Of a stretch of 64,000 nucleotides of DNA, positions 1 to 7,252 are shown one piece after another. The notes beneath the pieces are model-generated. The model saw only the letters and a list, made by a program, of their open reading frames with translations. It was not told the origin of the DNA and made no database searches. Origin of the DNA: a virus (lineage: Duplodnaviria; Caudoviricetes); IMG/VR virus record IMGVR_UViG_3300020048_000105, positions 9,031-73,030 of that record. One strand, given 5' to 3'. The number at the start of each line of letters is the position of its first letter. Within the stretch, counting starts at the first letter, position 1. Made by a program: the position numbers and the translations under genes.

Positions 1-348
1 GTTCCTATCAAGACGAGCAACTGCTTCGTAAGGTACAACCAATACGAAACAGCTCCTGAAAACGGAAACGTTAAAGTGCTCGTAGAGGGAACTGCCACGT
101 TCTTTCCAAAAGACCAAGTTCGCATATTCGAAAACATCAATGAGTTTGCAAGCGAGGAGAACTACATTCCCGGCGTAATCATAGATGAAGCAACCGAGGA
201 AGTTCTAGAGAACATACTTCTAAATGCAATTGACTACTCACAGGCAGTAGGAGACGCAGACAGCATCAGAATCATCAAGTTTGCTCCTAATGGAGACCAA
301 GAGATGCAGAACGCTCCAAAAGCAATGTTAAGGACTCTATCAATATAA
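1..348 (+). CDS. Hypothetical protein, 5'-partial
   Basis: Frame 1 is open from base 1 to TAA at 346-348, so the ORF-track start at 76 is internal. Confidence 0.7.
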   Translation, partial: VPIKTSNCFVRYNQYETAPENGNVKVLVEGTATFFPKDQVRIFENINEFASEENYIPGVIIDEATEEVLENILLNAIDYSQAVGDADSIRIIKFAPNGDQEMQNAPKAMLRTLSI

Positions 349-368
349 AATTACTTCAAAACATAAAT

Positions 369-403
369 AAAGCTCGGTAACTTAAAACTTACCGAGCTTT
401 TTT
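369..403 (+). terminator. Intrinsic terminator
   Basis: 12-bp stem AAAGCTCGGTAA/TTACCGAGCTTT, 8-nt loop, T-run, just after the stop at 348. Confidence 0.8.
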
Positions 404-413
404 GCATATAAAT
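385..413 (+). promoter_or_regulatory. Candidate early/middle promoter AAACT-N14-GCATATAAAT upstream of the late sigma gene
   Basis: The same GCATATAAAT with AAACT 13 nt upstream recurs before thyA (19417-19444, -) and at 30416-30443 (+). Confidence 0.5.
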
Positions 414-501
414 TTTAACTAAGCTTTAACTATTCCGCGCCCCTCTCGATTACTCAGATGGTCAGGAATGAACCTAAACTAACATAAAATATAAACTTAT
501 T

Positions 502-855
502 ATGGCGCATTACGTAAAGAATGCCGATCTTCGAAATGAAATCATTCGCTGCAAAGAGAAAAACGAGATATCAAGAGAAGCTATTGAAATGTTTCAATTA
601 ATGGCAAGGAAATTCTCTGACAAGCTAACGTACATATACGAAGAGGACCGCGAAGACTGCATCGCGTTCGGCGTCATGGACTGCTACCAGTACTGGAGAG
701 GCTACAACCCCGAGAAATCACAGAACGCGTTTGCGTACTTCACACAGATCATCAAGAATGGCTTTGCAAAAGGCTGGAGAAAATTGTATGGCAACATGCC
801 AAAGTCCCGCAAAATAAGCATTTCTAACGATAAATTGTATAACATCAACATTTAA
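502..855 (+). CDS. gp55: T4 gp55-like late-transcription sigma factor (short form)
   Basis: YVKNADL N-terminus and DCYQYW..YNPEKSQNAFAYFTQIIKNGF match the gp55 motif NCLQY..NFDPEKS.NPFAYFTQII. Confidence 0.88.
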   Translation: MAHYVKNADLRNEIIRCKEKNEISREAIEMFQLMARKFSDKLTYIYEEDREDCIAFGVMDCYQYWRGYNPEKSQNAFAYFTQIIKNGFAKGWRKLYGNMPKSRKISISNDKLYNINI

Positions 856-856
856 T

Positions 857-973
857 ATGCCAAAGTCAAATTCTTATGTGAATCTTTTAAAGATTGAATG
901 TGAGCATTGTCATAGAATTGTGCCGCTCAATATTTTTAATAGATGTCACGGTAAAAAATGTAAAATACAATGA
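857..973 (+). pseudogene. 38-aa Cys/His mini-ORF resembling the C-terminal Zn-knuckle of NUMOD3 homing endonucleases (remnant)
   Basis: Hand translation MPKSNSYVNLLKIECEHCHRIVPLNIFNRCHGKKCKIQ*; ATGA overlap with the next gene. Confidence 0.5.
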
Positions 974-1272
974 GCGGAGGAACATTCGACTACCGACAAT
1001 ATATGTTCGAAGACATCGCTGACCAGATAAAGCAGTATGTTGTCCAGAACGGCACCAAGCGCGAAGAACGAAGCTCATGGGAAGATGAGTACCGTCACAA
1101 GTATCCTGACGACATCATTCGGGAGTTCGAAAAAGCAGTAGAGCTCTTAGCGATTGTGAAAGTATACGTGAACCGCATCGATTACTTGCTGGCAGGTGAC
1201 GATGGCGAGGAATCATTCAGGTCTCGTCTAAAAGAGGACCTATCAAAAATAAAGATCGACAATGGCTTTTAA
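970..1272 (+). CDS. Hypothetical protein
   Basis: 100-aa ORF, coupled start, core-like codon usage. Confidence 0.8.
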   Translation: MSGGTFDYRQYMFEDIADQIKQYVVQNGTKREERSSWEDEYRHKYPDDIIREFEKAVELLAIVKVYVNRIDYLLAGDDGEESFRSRLKEDLSKIKIDNGF

Positions 1273-1299
1273 CAACAGATATAAATTGTGGCATTCTTT

Positions 1300-1318
1300 C
1301 ATGAATATATAAATTAAA
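1300..1318 (+). promoter_or_regulatory. Late-promoter-like element GAATATATAAAT
   Basis: Directly before an ATG; the identical 19-mer CATGAATATATAAATTAAA occurs at 6247-6265. Confidence 0.65.
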
Positions 1319-1319
1319 A

Positions 1320-1985
1320 ATGAAAGAATTTAATTACATTTATATCATTTCCAATGTCGAAAATGGAAAGGGCTATGTAGGCACTCATGAAACAAATAAT
1401 TTAAATGATGGTTATTTTGGGAGTGGTGTTTATTTAAAAAACGCCATTAAAAAACATGGTAAAGATAAATTCGAAAAAAACATTATTGAGTTTTTTGATA
1501 CTTATGAAGCGGCATTATTAAATGAAGAACATCATATAATAATAAATGATACATTATATCCTAATGGGTATAATTTATCTTCAACGGGTGGCTTTAATTC
1601 ATTTGTCAACGGCCACCATAATGATGAAACAAAGAAAAAAATGTCTATTTCCGCAACAGGAAAGCATCGAATATTTTCAAAAGAGCATAAAGAAAAATTA
1701 AGTAAAGCTGCTGCTGATTGGCATAAAAATGTGGGGTTTTCTTCTGAAACCCGAGAAAGAATAAGTGCAGGAAATACAAATAAAATATGCACAGAAGAAG
1801 CAAGAGAAAATTATAAACGAGGAAATAAAGGAAAAAACATAGGCGTTGTACATTCTTTAGAAAGTAGACTGGCTGCTAGTGAAAAGTTAAAAGGCAAACC
1901 ATCAAAAAATAAAGGGAAAATTCGTACAGATGAAGCTCGTAAAAATATGTCAATTGCTGCTAAAAATAGAAAAAAACATGTATAA
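1320..1985 (+). CDS. GIY-YIG (Seg-like) homing endonuclease with NUMOD3 repeats
   Basis: YIYIISNVENGKGYVGTH, GYFGSG, YPNGYN; repeated H..ETK.KMS motifs; AT-rich; free-standing. Confidence 0.88.
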   Translation: MKEFNYIYIISNVENGKGYVGTHETNNLNDGYFGSGVYLKNAIKKHGKDKFEKNIIEFFDTYEAALLNEEHHIIINDTLYPNGYNLSSTGGFNSFVNGHHNDETKKKMSISATGKHRIFSKEHKEKLSKAAADWHKNVGFSSETRERISAGNTNKICTEEARENYKRGNKGKNIGVVHSLESRLAASEKLKGKPSKNKGKIRTDEARKNMSIAAKNRKKHV

Positions 1986-2571
1986 TCAAAACTATAAAAA
2001 ATGGCATAAACCTAACATGACAGGCACCAAGAAAGAGGGAGGAACGAGCTGGACGCACCAGGGATACTACAAAGCTCAGAACCCGACAAAGTACATGGGC
2101 GATCCAAACCTCATCATCTTTCGCAGCTCATGGGAGCATGCGTTTTGCAGGTGGTGTGACTTCTCACCTTCGATCATTAGGTGGTCTTCAGAGCCGGTGA
2201 AAATTCCCTATTACGACAGAGTTTCAAAGCTGGAAGAATGTAAGAAACAAGGGTTGGACCCAAACAACCCGAGAAACTGGGTGATAAAGAACTACAACAC
2301 GGACTTTTGGATCGAAGTTGACAAGGGCGAAGGAGTTACCGAGAGAATGTTCATTGAGATCAAACCATCAGGAAAACTACAAAAACCTAAGCCACCACCT
2401 GACAATGCACCTCTAAAGGTTCAAAGAAAGTTCGTTTCGTCAGCTAAGGAGTACCTCATCAATGAAGCGAAGTTTGCAGCATTAGGAGCTTGGGCAGCGA
2501 AGAACGATGCAAAGTTCTATGTGTTCACCGAAAAAACTTTAAAAGGATTATTGGGGAATTTTTTTACATAA
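1978..2571 (+). CDS. gp4: T4 gp4-like head completion nuclease
   Basis: YKAQNPTKYMGDP..IIFRSSWE..F..WCD, WSSEP..IPY, TDF, FIEIKP, NEAKF.A, F.VFTEK. Start placed at ATG 1978 rather than 1930. Confidence 0.88.
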   Translation: MYNQNYKKWHKPNMTGTKKEGGTSWTHQGYYKAQNPTKYMGDPNLIIFRSSWEHAFCRWCDFSPSIIRWSSEPVKIPYYDRVSKLEECKKQGLDPNNPRNWVIKNYNTDFWIEVDKGEGVTERMFIEIKPSGKLQKPKPPPDNAPLKVQRKFVSSAKEYLINEAKFAALGAWAAKNDAKFYVFTEKTLKGLLGNFFT

Positions 2572-2577
2572 TGTATA

Positions 2578-2967
2578 ATGTTAAAAGTAAAAGAGTATTT
2601 AGATGAGAATTTCGCTCAAGAAGGAGAATGCACAGTAGAAGGAAGCAACAATGGTGTTTTTGGGTGTTGGAAATATCCAAAAGATTATAAGCCTATTCCT
2701 AATAGTGAATGGTACCCTGGTATAATCTGTAAAGATCATATACAATTGTGTATCAACAACGAAACAATTCAGACTGATAGGATATACATAGATGGTAAAT
2801 ATGTTTCGAAATATTCATATCTACAAACTTATCAACATATTCCGAGAGGAGAACCAGATGCAAATGGGTATTATCGTAGAAGCACTGATGAAGAAGTTAT
2901 TCGATACATTGATTCGTATCTACAACAAATAAAAGAACGAGAAAAATGCAAGACGCAAGCACAATAG
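2578..2967 (+). CDS. Hypothetical protein (AT-rich)
   Basis: 129-aa ORF, more AT-rich than its neighbours. Confidence 0.75.
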   Translation: MLKVKEYLDENFAQEGECTVEGSNNGVFGCWKYPKDYKPIPNSEWYPGIICKDHIQLCINNETIQTDRIYIDGKYVSKYSYLQTYQHIPRGEPDANGYYRRSTDEEVIRYIDSYLQQIKEREKCKTQAQ

Positions 2968-3167
2968 ATCTAAACACTCTCGATTATGAGAACATCGTTA
3001 TCGATGAGTACAGGCACGAACCAATTTCGTTCCCGACGTTCGATCCCAGTCGGGCAGTAAGCGTTACTGTAAACTCGGGCTATCCTTATACCAATCCATA
3101 CGATTACTCACAGGAGTTCGAAGCACGCAAGATGCAACTCGCAAAAGCCAAAAGAAGAGGAATATAA
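2946..3167 (+). CDS. Hypothetical protein
   Basis: 73-aa ORF with TAATG coupling to the next gene. Confidence 0.7.
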   Translation: MQDASTIDLNTLDYENIVIDEYRHEPISFPTFDPSRAVSVTVNSGYPYTNPYDYSQEFEARKMQLAKAKRRGI

Positions 3168-3859
3168 TGGAAGCGCCCAAAGACACTTATGAACGAAACA
3201 AACACATAACTGACATAGAGGACGTGGCGTTCAATCGTTTGTTTGAGAACTACTTAAAGCTAAACCTCAAAGGACCCCAAAAGCTTATAGACGTTGACTC
3301 TACGGACCAAGAGAGTGTGCTGAGAGACAGAGCGGCAGGAAGACCTTTTCCAGGAATGATCTATACATTCATTCATATTAATAAGAAAAATCCGGTAACA
3401 TTAACAGCTCGTCAGACAGGAAAAACAATGGAGTTTCATGATATTACTCCTATGCTTTTTTGCACATCGTTCAACCCGCAAACTGGCCTCATAAAGGGTC
3501 TCAACCTAAACATGATGCCTCCTGATGCCAGACTTAAATTTCTACAAGTGTTCTGGGAGCAATACAAAGACATATTCAATCGAATAGAGGAACTCACAGA
3601 ATACAACAAGAACGCGCTCAACAAGAAATACATATCCGATGCAATAGCAGGAAAGAACCCTGCACTGTTCAAGATGTTTAGTGAAAAGCAGAACTCACCC
3701 TTTGGTTTCGCTTATCGATCGTACGAGTTAAGGAACTGCGCAAACTTTCGAATGATAGAAATAGAACAATGGCAATACATACCATTTTTTAATGCCCAAC
3801 AATCATTCAAGAAGATGCAGACATCGAAAATCTACGATATGTACAATAGGGAAAAATAG
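3167..3859 (+). CDS. gp2: T4 gp2-like DNA end protector
   Basis: PGMIYTF...HDITPMLF...GLNLNMMPP..R..FL parallels gp2 G.MY.F...YD..PL...GLNLHYLP...R; lies next to gp4 and portal. Confidence 0.65.
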   Translation: MEAPKDTYERNKHITDIEDVAFNRLFENYLKLNLKGPQKLIDVDSTDQESVLRDRAAGRPFPGMIYTFIHINKKNPVTLTARQTGKTMEFHDITPMLFCTSFNPQTGLIKGLNLNMMPPDARLKFLQVFWEQYKDIFNRIEELTEYNKNALNKKYISDAIAGKNPALFKMFSEKQNSPFGFAYRSYELRNCANFRMIEIEQWQYIPFFNAQQSFKKMQTSKIYDMYNREK

Positions 3860-3861
3860 TG

Positions 3862-3882
3862 GAAATATATACACTATAAATA
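3862..3882 (+). promoter_or_regulatory. Late promoter elements (GAAATATATA and T4-consensus TATAAATA) upstream of portal
   Basis: TATAAATA at 3875-3882, 12 nt before the portal ATG. Confidence 0.65.
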
Positions 3883-3894
3883 AAAAGTTAACAG

Positions 3895-5664
3895 ATGGCA
3901 GGATATTCGCTCAAGAATCTGGACAGGGGACAAACCTCGTTCATTCAAAACATACAACGCAACATTCGTTACCTATCATTAATGGGTATGAAATTCGATC
4001 AGAAAGTGATCAAGCAGTCCAAAGCGATTGGTATCTCCGAAGATCAAGAAGACTCAATGTACAGCCTCTACGGCCAGCACCAGATGGCATCTGGTATGGA
4101 CATTGGCCAGAAAGAATTTATTGCGTTTTTCGACAAAGAATACCCAACTCGTAGAGACTTTCTTAGAAGGTTCGCAATGAACGGTGAGATCGAGCACGTT
4201 CTCGAAGTAATAGCTGATGAAACAATCATATTGGACGATGCAAACTTCTTTGCATACCCAAACACAAGAAAGCTCAAGTCTGTGATAAAAGCAGAGAAAG
4301 CTAAAGAGATCATAGACGACCTTAACGAAGCATTTAAGAAAGTTTACTTCGCATACGGATTCAACAGCGGCCACGACGCATGGCACTACGCAAAGAAGTT
4401 CCTCATCGACGGGTTCCTTGCATTCGAAATCATCTACGACGGTGAGGGCGAAGCAGACGCTAAGAACATCTTAGGCTTCAAAGAGCTTGACCCAATAACT
4501 CTTGAGCCTGAAATGAGAAAAGACGCAGACGACAACGAGTATCGCATCTGGATTCAGTTCAGAGGAGACTCAGAACGCCAGAGAGAGCTAGTAGACGCAA
4601 ACCTCATCTACATCTCATGGGCTCGAGGAAACTTCATATCTCGCCTATCATACGTTGAGAGGCTCGTTCGTTCATTCAACATGCTTCGTACGCTTGAGAA
4701 CTCACGTATCATATGGAACGTTATCAACTCACAGTACAGGATGAAGATCATCGTTCCTATCGGAACTCAATCTGAGGTAAAGGCAAGGACGAGGCTCTCG
4801 GAACTTAGAGGTATGTACAAGGAAGACGTTACTATCGATTACCACTCAGGTGAAGTAACAATCAACGGAACACCTAACTTCTCGTTCGCAAAGCAGTACA
4901 TCATTCCTTCAAAAGATGGCCAACAGACCGAAATCGATTCGGTGGCTCCATCAGGGTATGACCTCACAGGTACCATGGCACTCGATTACTTCTGGAAGCG
5001 TTTCATCATCGAAACTAAAGTTCCTGCAGACAGGTTCTCATCTCAAAGCGGCGAAGCTGGCGGTGGAGGAGAATCAAACTGGTCGACAGGAGGAGATTCA
5101 ATCGCAAGAGAGGAAATTCGTTTCAACTACTTCATCAACAGGATTCGTTCAATACTCCAAGAGATCATACTCAAGCCTACATGGATCCAGTTCTGCTTGA
5201 AATACCCAATGTTCGCACAGGACAAAGCATTAAAAGGAGCAATTGGGCTCGAATTCTGTGAGGAGAACCTCTTCACTGAAGCGAAGAAACGCCAAGTAGA
5301 TTCCAAAGGTGCAGAGATGGTTGAAAAACTCATGGGCATAAAGGAGCCTGACGTTGCTCCTGACGGAACGATAAGTGAAAAACCTTATTTCGATGCCAAG
5401 TTCTTGGTAGAGAAATACATGGACTACACAGACGACGACAACAAACTAAACGTCAAGTACAAGAAAGAAAGAGACGAACAGCTAACAAGGAAGGCAGCCG
5501 CAATGAAGAGAATCGCCACAGCACAAGGCGCAGCAGAAGGCGGTGGAATGGACATGGGAGCAGCAGGAATGGACATGGGAATGGGTGGAGGAGAAATAGG
5601 AGGAGGACCTGAGCCTGAGGGTGGAATGGGAGGTGGAGAAATGGGTGGAGAACTAGGAATGTAA
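3895..5664 (+). CDS. gp20: T4 gp20-like portal protein with Gly/Met-rich C-terminal tail
   Basis: EIEHVLEVIADE, FLIDG.LAFE, SYVERLVRSFNMLRTLENSRIIW, LDYFWKR...KVP..R, I.REEIRF..FI.R.RS motifs. Confidence 0.92.
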   Translation: MAGYSLKNLDRGQTSFIQNIQRNIRYLSLMGMKFDQKVIKQSKAIGISEDQEDSMYSLYGQHQMASGMDIGQKEFIAFFDKEYPTRRDFLRRFAMNGEIEHVLEVIADETIILDDANFFAYPNTRKLKSVIKAEKAKEIIDDLNEAFKKVYFAYGFNSGHDAWHYAKKFLIDGFLAFEIIYDGEGEADAKNILGFKELDPITLEPEMRKDADDNEYRIWIQFRGDSERQRELVDANLIYISWARGNFISRLSYVERLVRSFNMLRTLENSRIIWNVINSQYRMKIIVPIGTQSEVKARTRLSELRGMYKEDVTIDYHSGEVTINGTPNFSFAKQYIIPSKDGQQTEIDSVAPSGYDLTGTMALDYFWKRFIIETKVPADRFSSQSGEAGGGGESNWSTGGDSIAREEIRFNYFINRIRSILQEIILKPTWIQFCLKYPMFAQDKALKGAIGLEFCEENLFTEAKKRQVDSKGAEMVEKLMGIKEPDVAPDGTISEKPYFDAKFLVEKYMDYTDDDNKLNVKYKKERDEQLTRKAAAMKRIATAQGAAEGGGMDMGAAGMDMGMGGGEIGGGPEPEGGMGGGEMGGELGM

Positions 5665-5684
5665 CAAAAATAAAGGATAAAAAC

Positions 5685-6104
5685 TTGGAATACGAAGCAT
5701 TAAAAGTAGCTAGCATTATCGCAAGCTTAATAGCGATATCGATTCTTTATCCTCTCGGAGATTCGATGAAAATTAAATGGTCACAAGAAAGAGAGAGGCA
5801 GGCCTCGCTGTCCGCTACAGAAAGAAACTACAATAAAGCTAAGAAGCTTAGCAACATGTGGCATGCCATAGGATTCTGGATGCGAACTTTCGTGCTGGTG
5901 ATTTTTGTATTCTCAGGAGGACTTCTTTGGGGATTTGTAGGGTTGATTCTCATATCATTTGGTCACAACATCATGATTCAGATAGCGCTGAAACAACCTT
6001 GGTACAAGATAGGAACAACGGCAAAGACAGATATCTTTTTAAGAAAAGTTTGGACTTGGATCGTTACTCAGTATAATAAAATCATCACCAAATTAAAAAA
6101 ATAA
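5685..6104 (+). CDS. Small membrane protein (2-3 predicted TM segments)
   Basis: Hydrophobic stretches VASIIASLIAISILYPL and FVLVIFVFSGGLLWGFVGLILISF; TTG start. Confidence 0.7.
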   Translation: MEYEALKVASIIASLIAISILYPLGDSMKIKWSQERERQASLSATERNYNKAKKLSNMWHAIGFWMRTFVLVIFVFSGGLLWGFVGLILISFGHNIMIQIALKQPWYKIGTTAKTDIFLRKVWTWIVTQYNKIITKLKK

Positions 6105-6146
6105 TTAAAAAAGTGTTAAATATTGTTTTTTCGTATAGAAAAAGAT

Positions 6147-6154
6147 TATATTTG
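6147..6154 (+). promoter_or_regulatory. Bacteroidota housekeeping-sigma promoter -7 box (TAnnTTTG)
   Basis: TATATTTG followed by CA, with TTG about 21 nt upstream; intergenic, ahead of the structured RNA/tmRNA locus. Confidence 0.7.
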
Positions 6155-6165
6155 CATTAAGAAAG

Positions 6166-6244
6166 GTAAACACAATAGTTTCGGCTATTAAAGATAATGA
6201 GCATTCGTTGATAGCATTGGCGGTAGTTCACTTTACAGCATCTC
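6166..6244 (+). ncRNA. Structured RNA segment, probably the 5' part of the tmRNA precursor/acceptor piece
   Basis: UUCG hairpin 6174-6189; hairpin 6198-6230; AGATAA 6192-97 complements TTATCT 7027-32; ATCTC 6240-44 complements GAGAT 7007-11. Pairings found by eye. Confidence 0.45.
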
Positions 6245-6267
6245 CACATGAATATATAAATTAAACT

Positions 6268-7008
6268 ATGTATTCATGTGAAGAATGTAATTTAGAATTT
6301 CAAACATTTCAAGCTAAGGCTAATCATCATAGGTGGCAACATCTAAAATATGCTTATAAAAATGCGGAAATAAAAAATAATACTTCTATCAAATTTTCAT
6401 TAGCGAATGATAGGCGTTTTGGGAGTTTTATTGAAGAAGATGTTATTTGTAGCAAAGAATTGTGTACAAACATAATTCATGTCAAATATAGAGAATCAAA
6501 AAAGAAGGCTAAGTATTTTTGTTCGATCAAATGTAGAAATGCTCACATACATTCTGTTGAAAGTAAAGAAAAATGTAGTAAAGCCGTGGCTAAAGCATGG
6601 AAAGATGGCAAATACGACACTGATTCATTCAACGAAAAACAAAGCACAAATAGAAAATTTTCGTCAAAAATTGAAAGATCAATTACAAAATATTTTAAAG
6701 ATACGTATCCTGCTTATGGATGGAAATCTGGCGGACAACTAATTTTTCAAAATGTCAGAATATCACGAGATTTATATTCAGATATTCTTAAAATTTGTTT
6801 TGAATATGATGGAGTATGGCATTTTAAAGACATCAATGGTCAATTAAAAGAAAAGCGTCAAAAAGACACAATTTTAGAAAATTGGTGTATCGAAAATAAC
6901 TATCGTTTAATTCGTATAGATGAAAATGATTTTAAAGATTTTAAACAAATAGAACAATTGTTCTTTGAAAATACTAATCCTATCATAAAAATAGGAAATC
7001 GATATTGA
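6268..7008 (+). CDS. Homing endonuclease, EDxHD/DUF559 (Vsr-like) family, with N-terminal Zn-binding motifs
   Basis: C-x2-C...H-x4-H and KYFCSIKC; C-terminal SKIE...DLY..ILKICFEYDGVWH...KD...NNYRLIRI; own late promoter at 6250-6261; AT-rich. Confidence 0.8.
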   Translation: MYSCEECNLEFQTFQAKANHHRWQHLKYAYKNAEIKNNTSIKFSLANDRRFGSFIEEDVICSKELCTNIIHVKYRESKKKAKYFCSIKCRNAHIHSVESKEKCSKAVAKAWKDGKYDTDSFNEKQSTNRKFSSKIERSITKYFKDTYPAYGWKSGGQLIFQNVRISRDLYSDILKICFEYDGVWHFKDINGQLKEKRQKDTILENWCIENNYRLIRIDENDFKDFKQIEQLFFENTNPIIKIGNRY

Positions 7009-7012
7009 GATC

Positions 7013-7252
7013 GTTGGGAAACTAACTTATCTATCTGCAATGCAGGTCTGAAACACCCGGGTTCGAGTCCCGGCAGGTCCACTTTTATTAAAATTCTTAG
7101 GGCTTGACATGGAATTGACTTCATATTTGTGCAATAGTGACAAATTTCAATTACAATAAATGCAAACACATTTATGAACACCGAGATGATGATGGCAGCG
7201 TAAGCTCCATCTTAGTCGGCGGAGAGGAGTGGCTGAGGTCGCTACCTCTCCG
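7013..7252 (+). ncRNA. ssrA: Circularly permuted (two-piece) tmRNA
   Basis: Acceptor piece: CAC 7054-56, T-arm CCGGG-TTCGAGT-CCCGG 7057-73, CAGGTCC-A 7074-81. Spacer 7082-99. Coding piece: GGGCTTG 7100-06 pairs with CAGGTCC giving G3.U; D-loop ACATGGAATTGA; helix 2 TTCATATTTG/CAGGTCTGAA and TGCAATAG/CTATCTGCA; resume context ATAAAT-GCA. The 5' boundary of the acceptor piece is uncertain. Confidence 0.92.
7162..7203 (+). other. tmRNA tag reading frame ANTFMNTEMMMAA*
   Basis: GCA resume codon at 7162 after ATAAAT; ends in AA-stop; the stop lies in the GTAA tetraloop of hairpin GATGGCAGC-GTAA-GCTCCATC (helix-5-like). Confidence 0.88.

Noticed and set aside
433-475. GC-richer leader of gp55 as a riboswitch
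   Set aside because: Only a weak ATTCC/GGAAT stem with an imperfect inner helix, and no recognisable aptamer.
5560-5664. Gly/Met-rich portal tail as a separate element
   Set aside because: It is an in-frame low-complexity C-terminal extension with no independent structure.
6166-7032. Group I intron or hammerhead ribozyme around the endonuclease
   Set aside because: I found no P7 R/S motifs, no interrupted exons and no CUGAnGA hammerhead core. An Infernal search is needed to exclude these fully.
7040-7081. tRNA gene suggested by the GGGTTCGAGTCCC T-arm
   Set aside because: There is no upstream 5' acceptor strand, D-arm or anticodon arm; the matching 5' strand lies downstream, so it is the permuted tmRNA.
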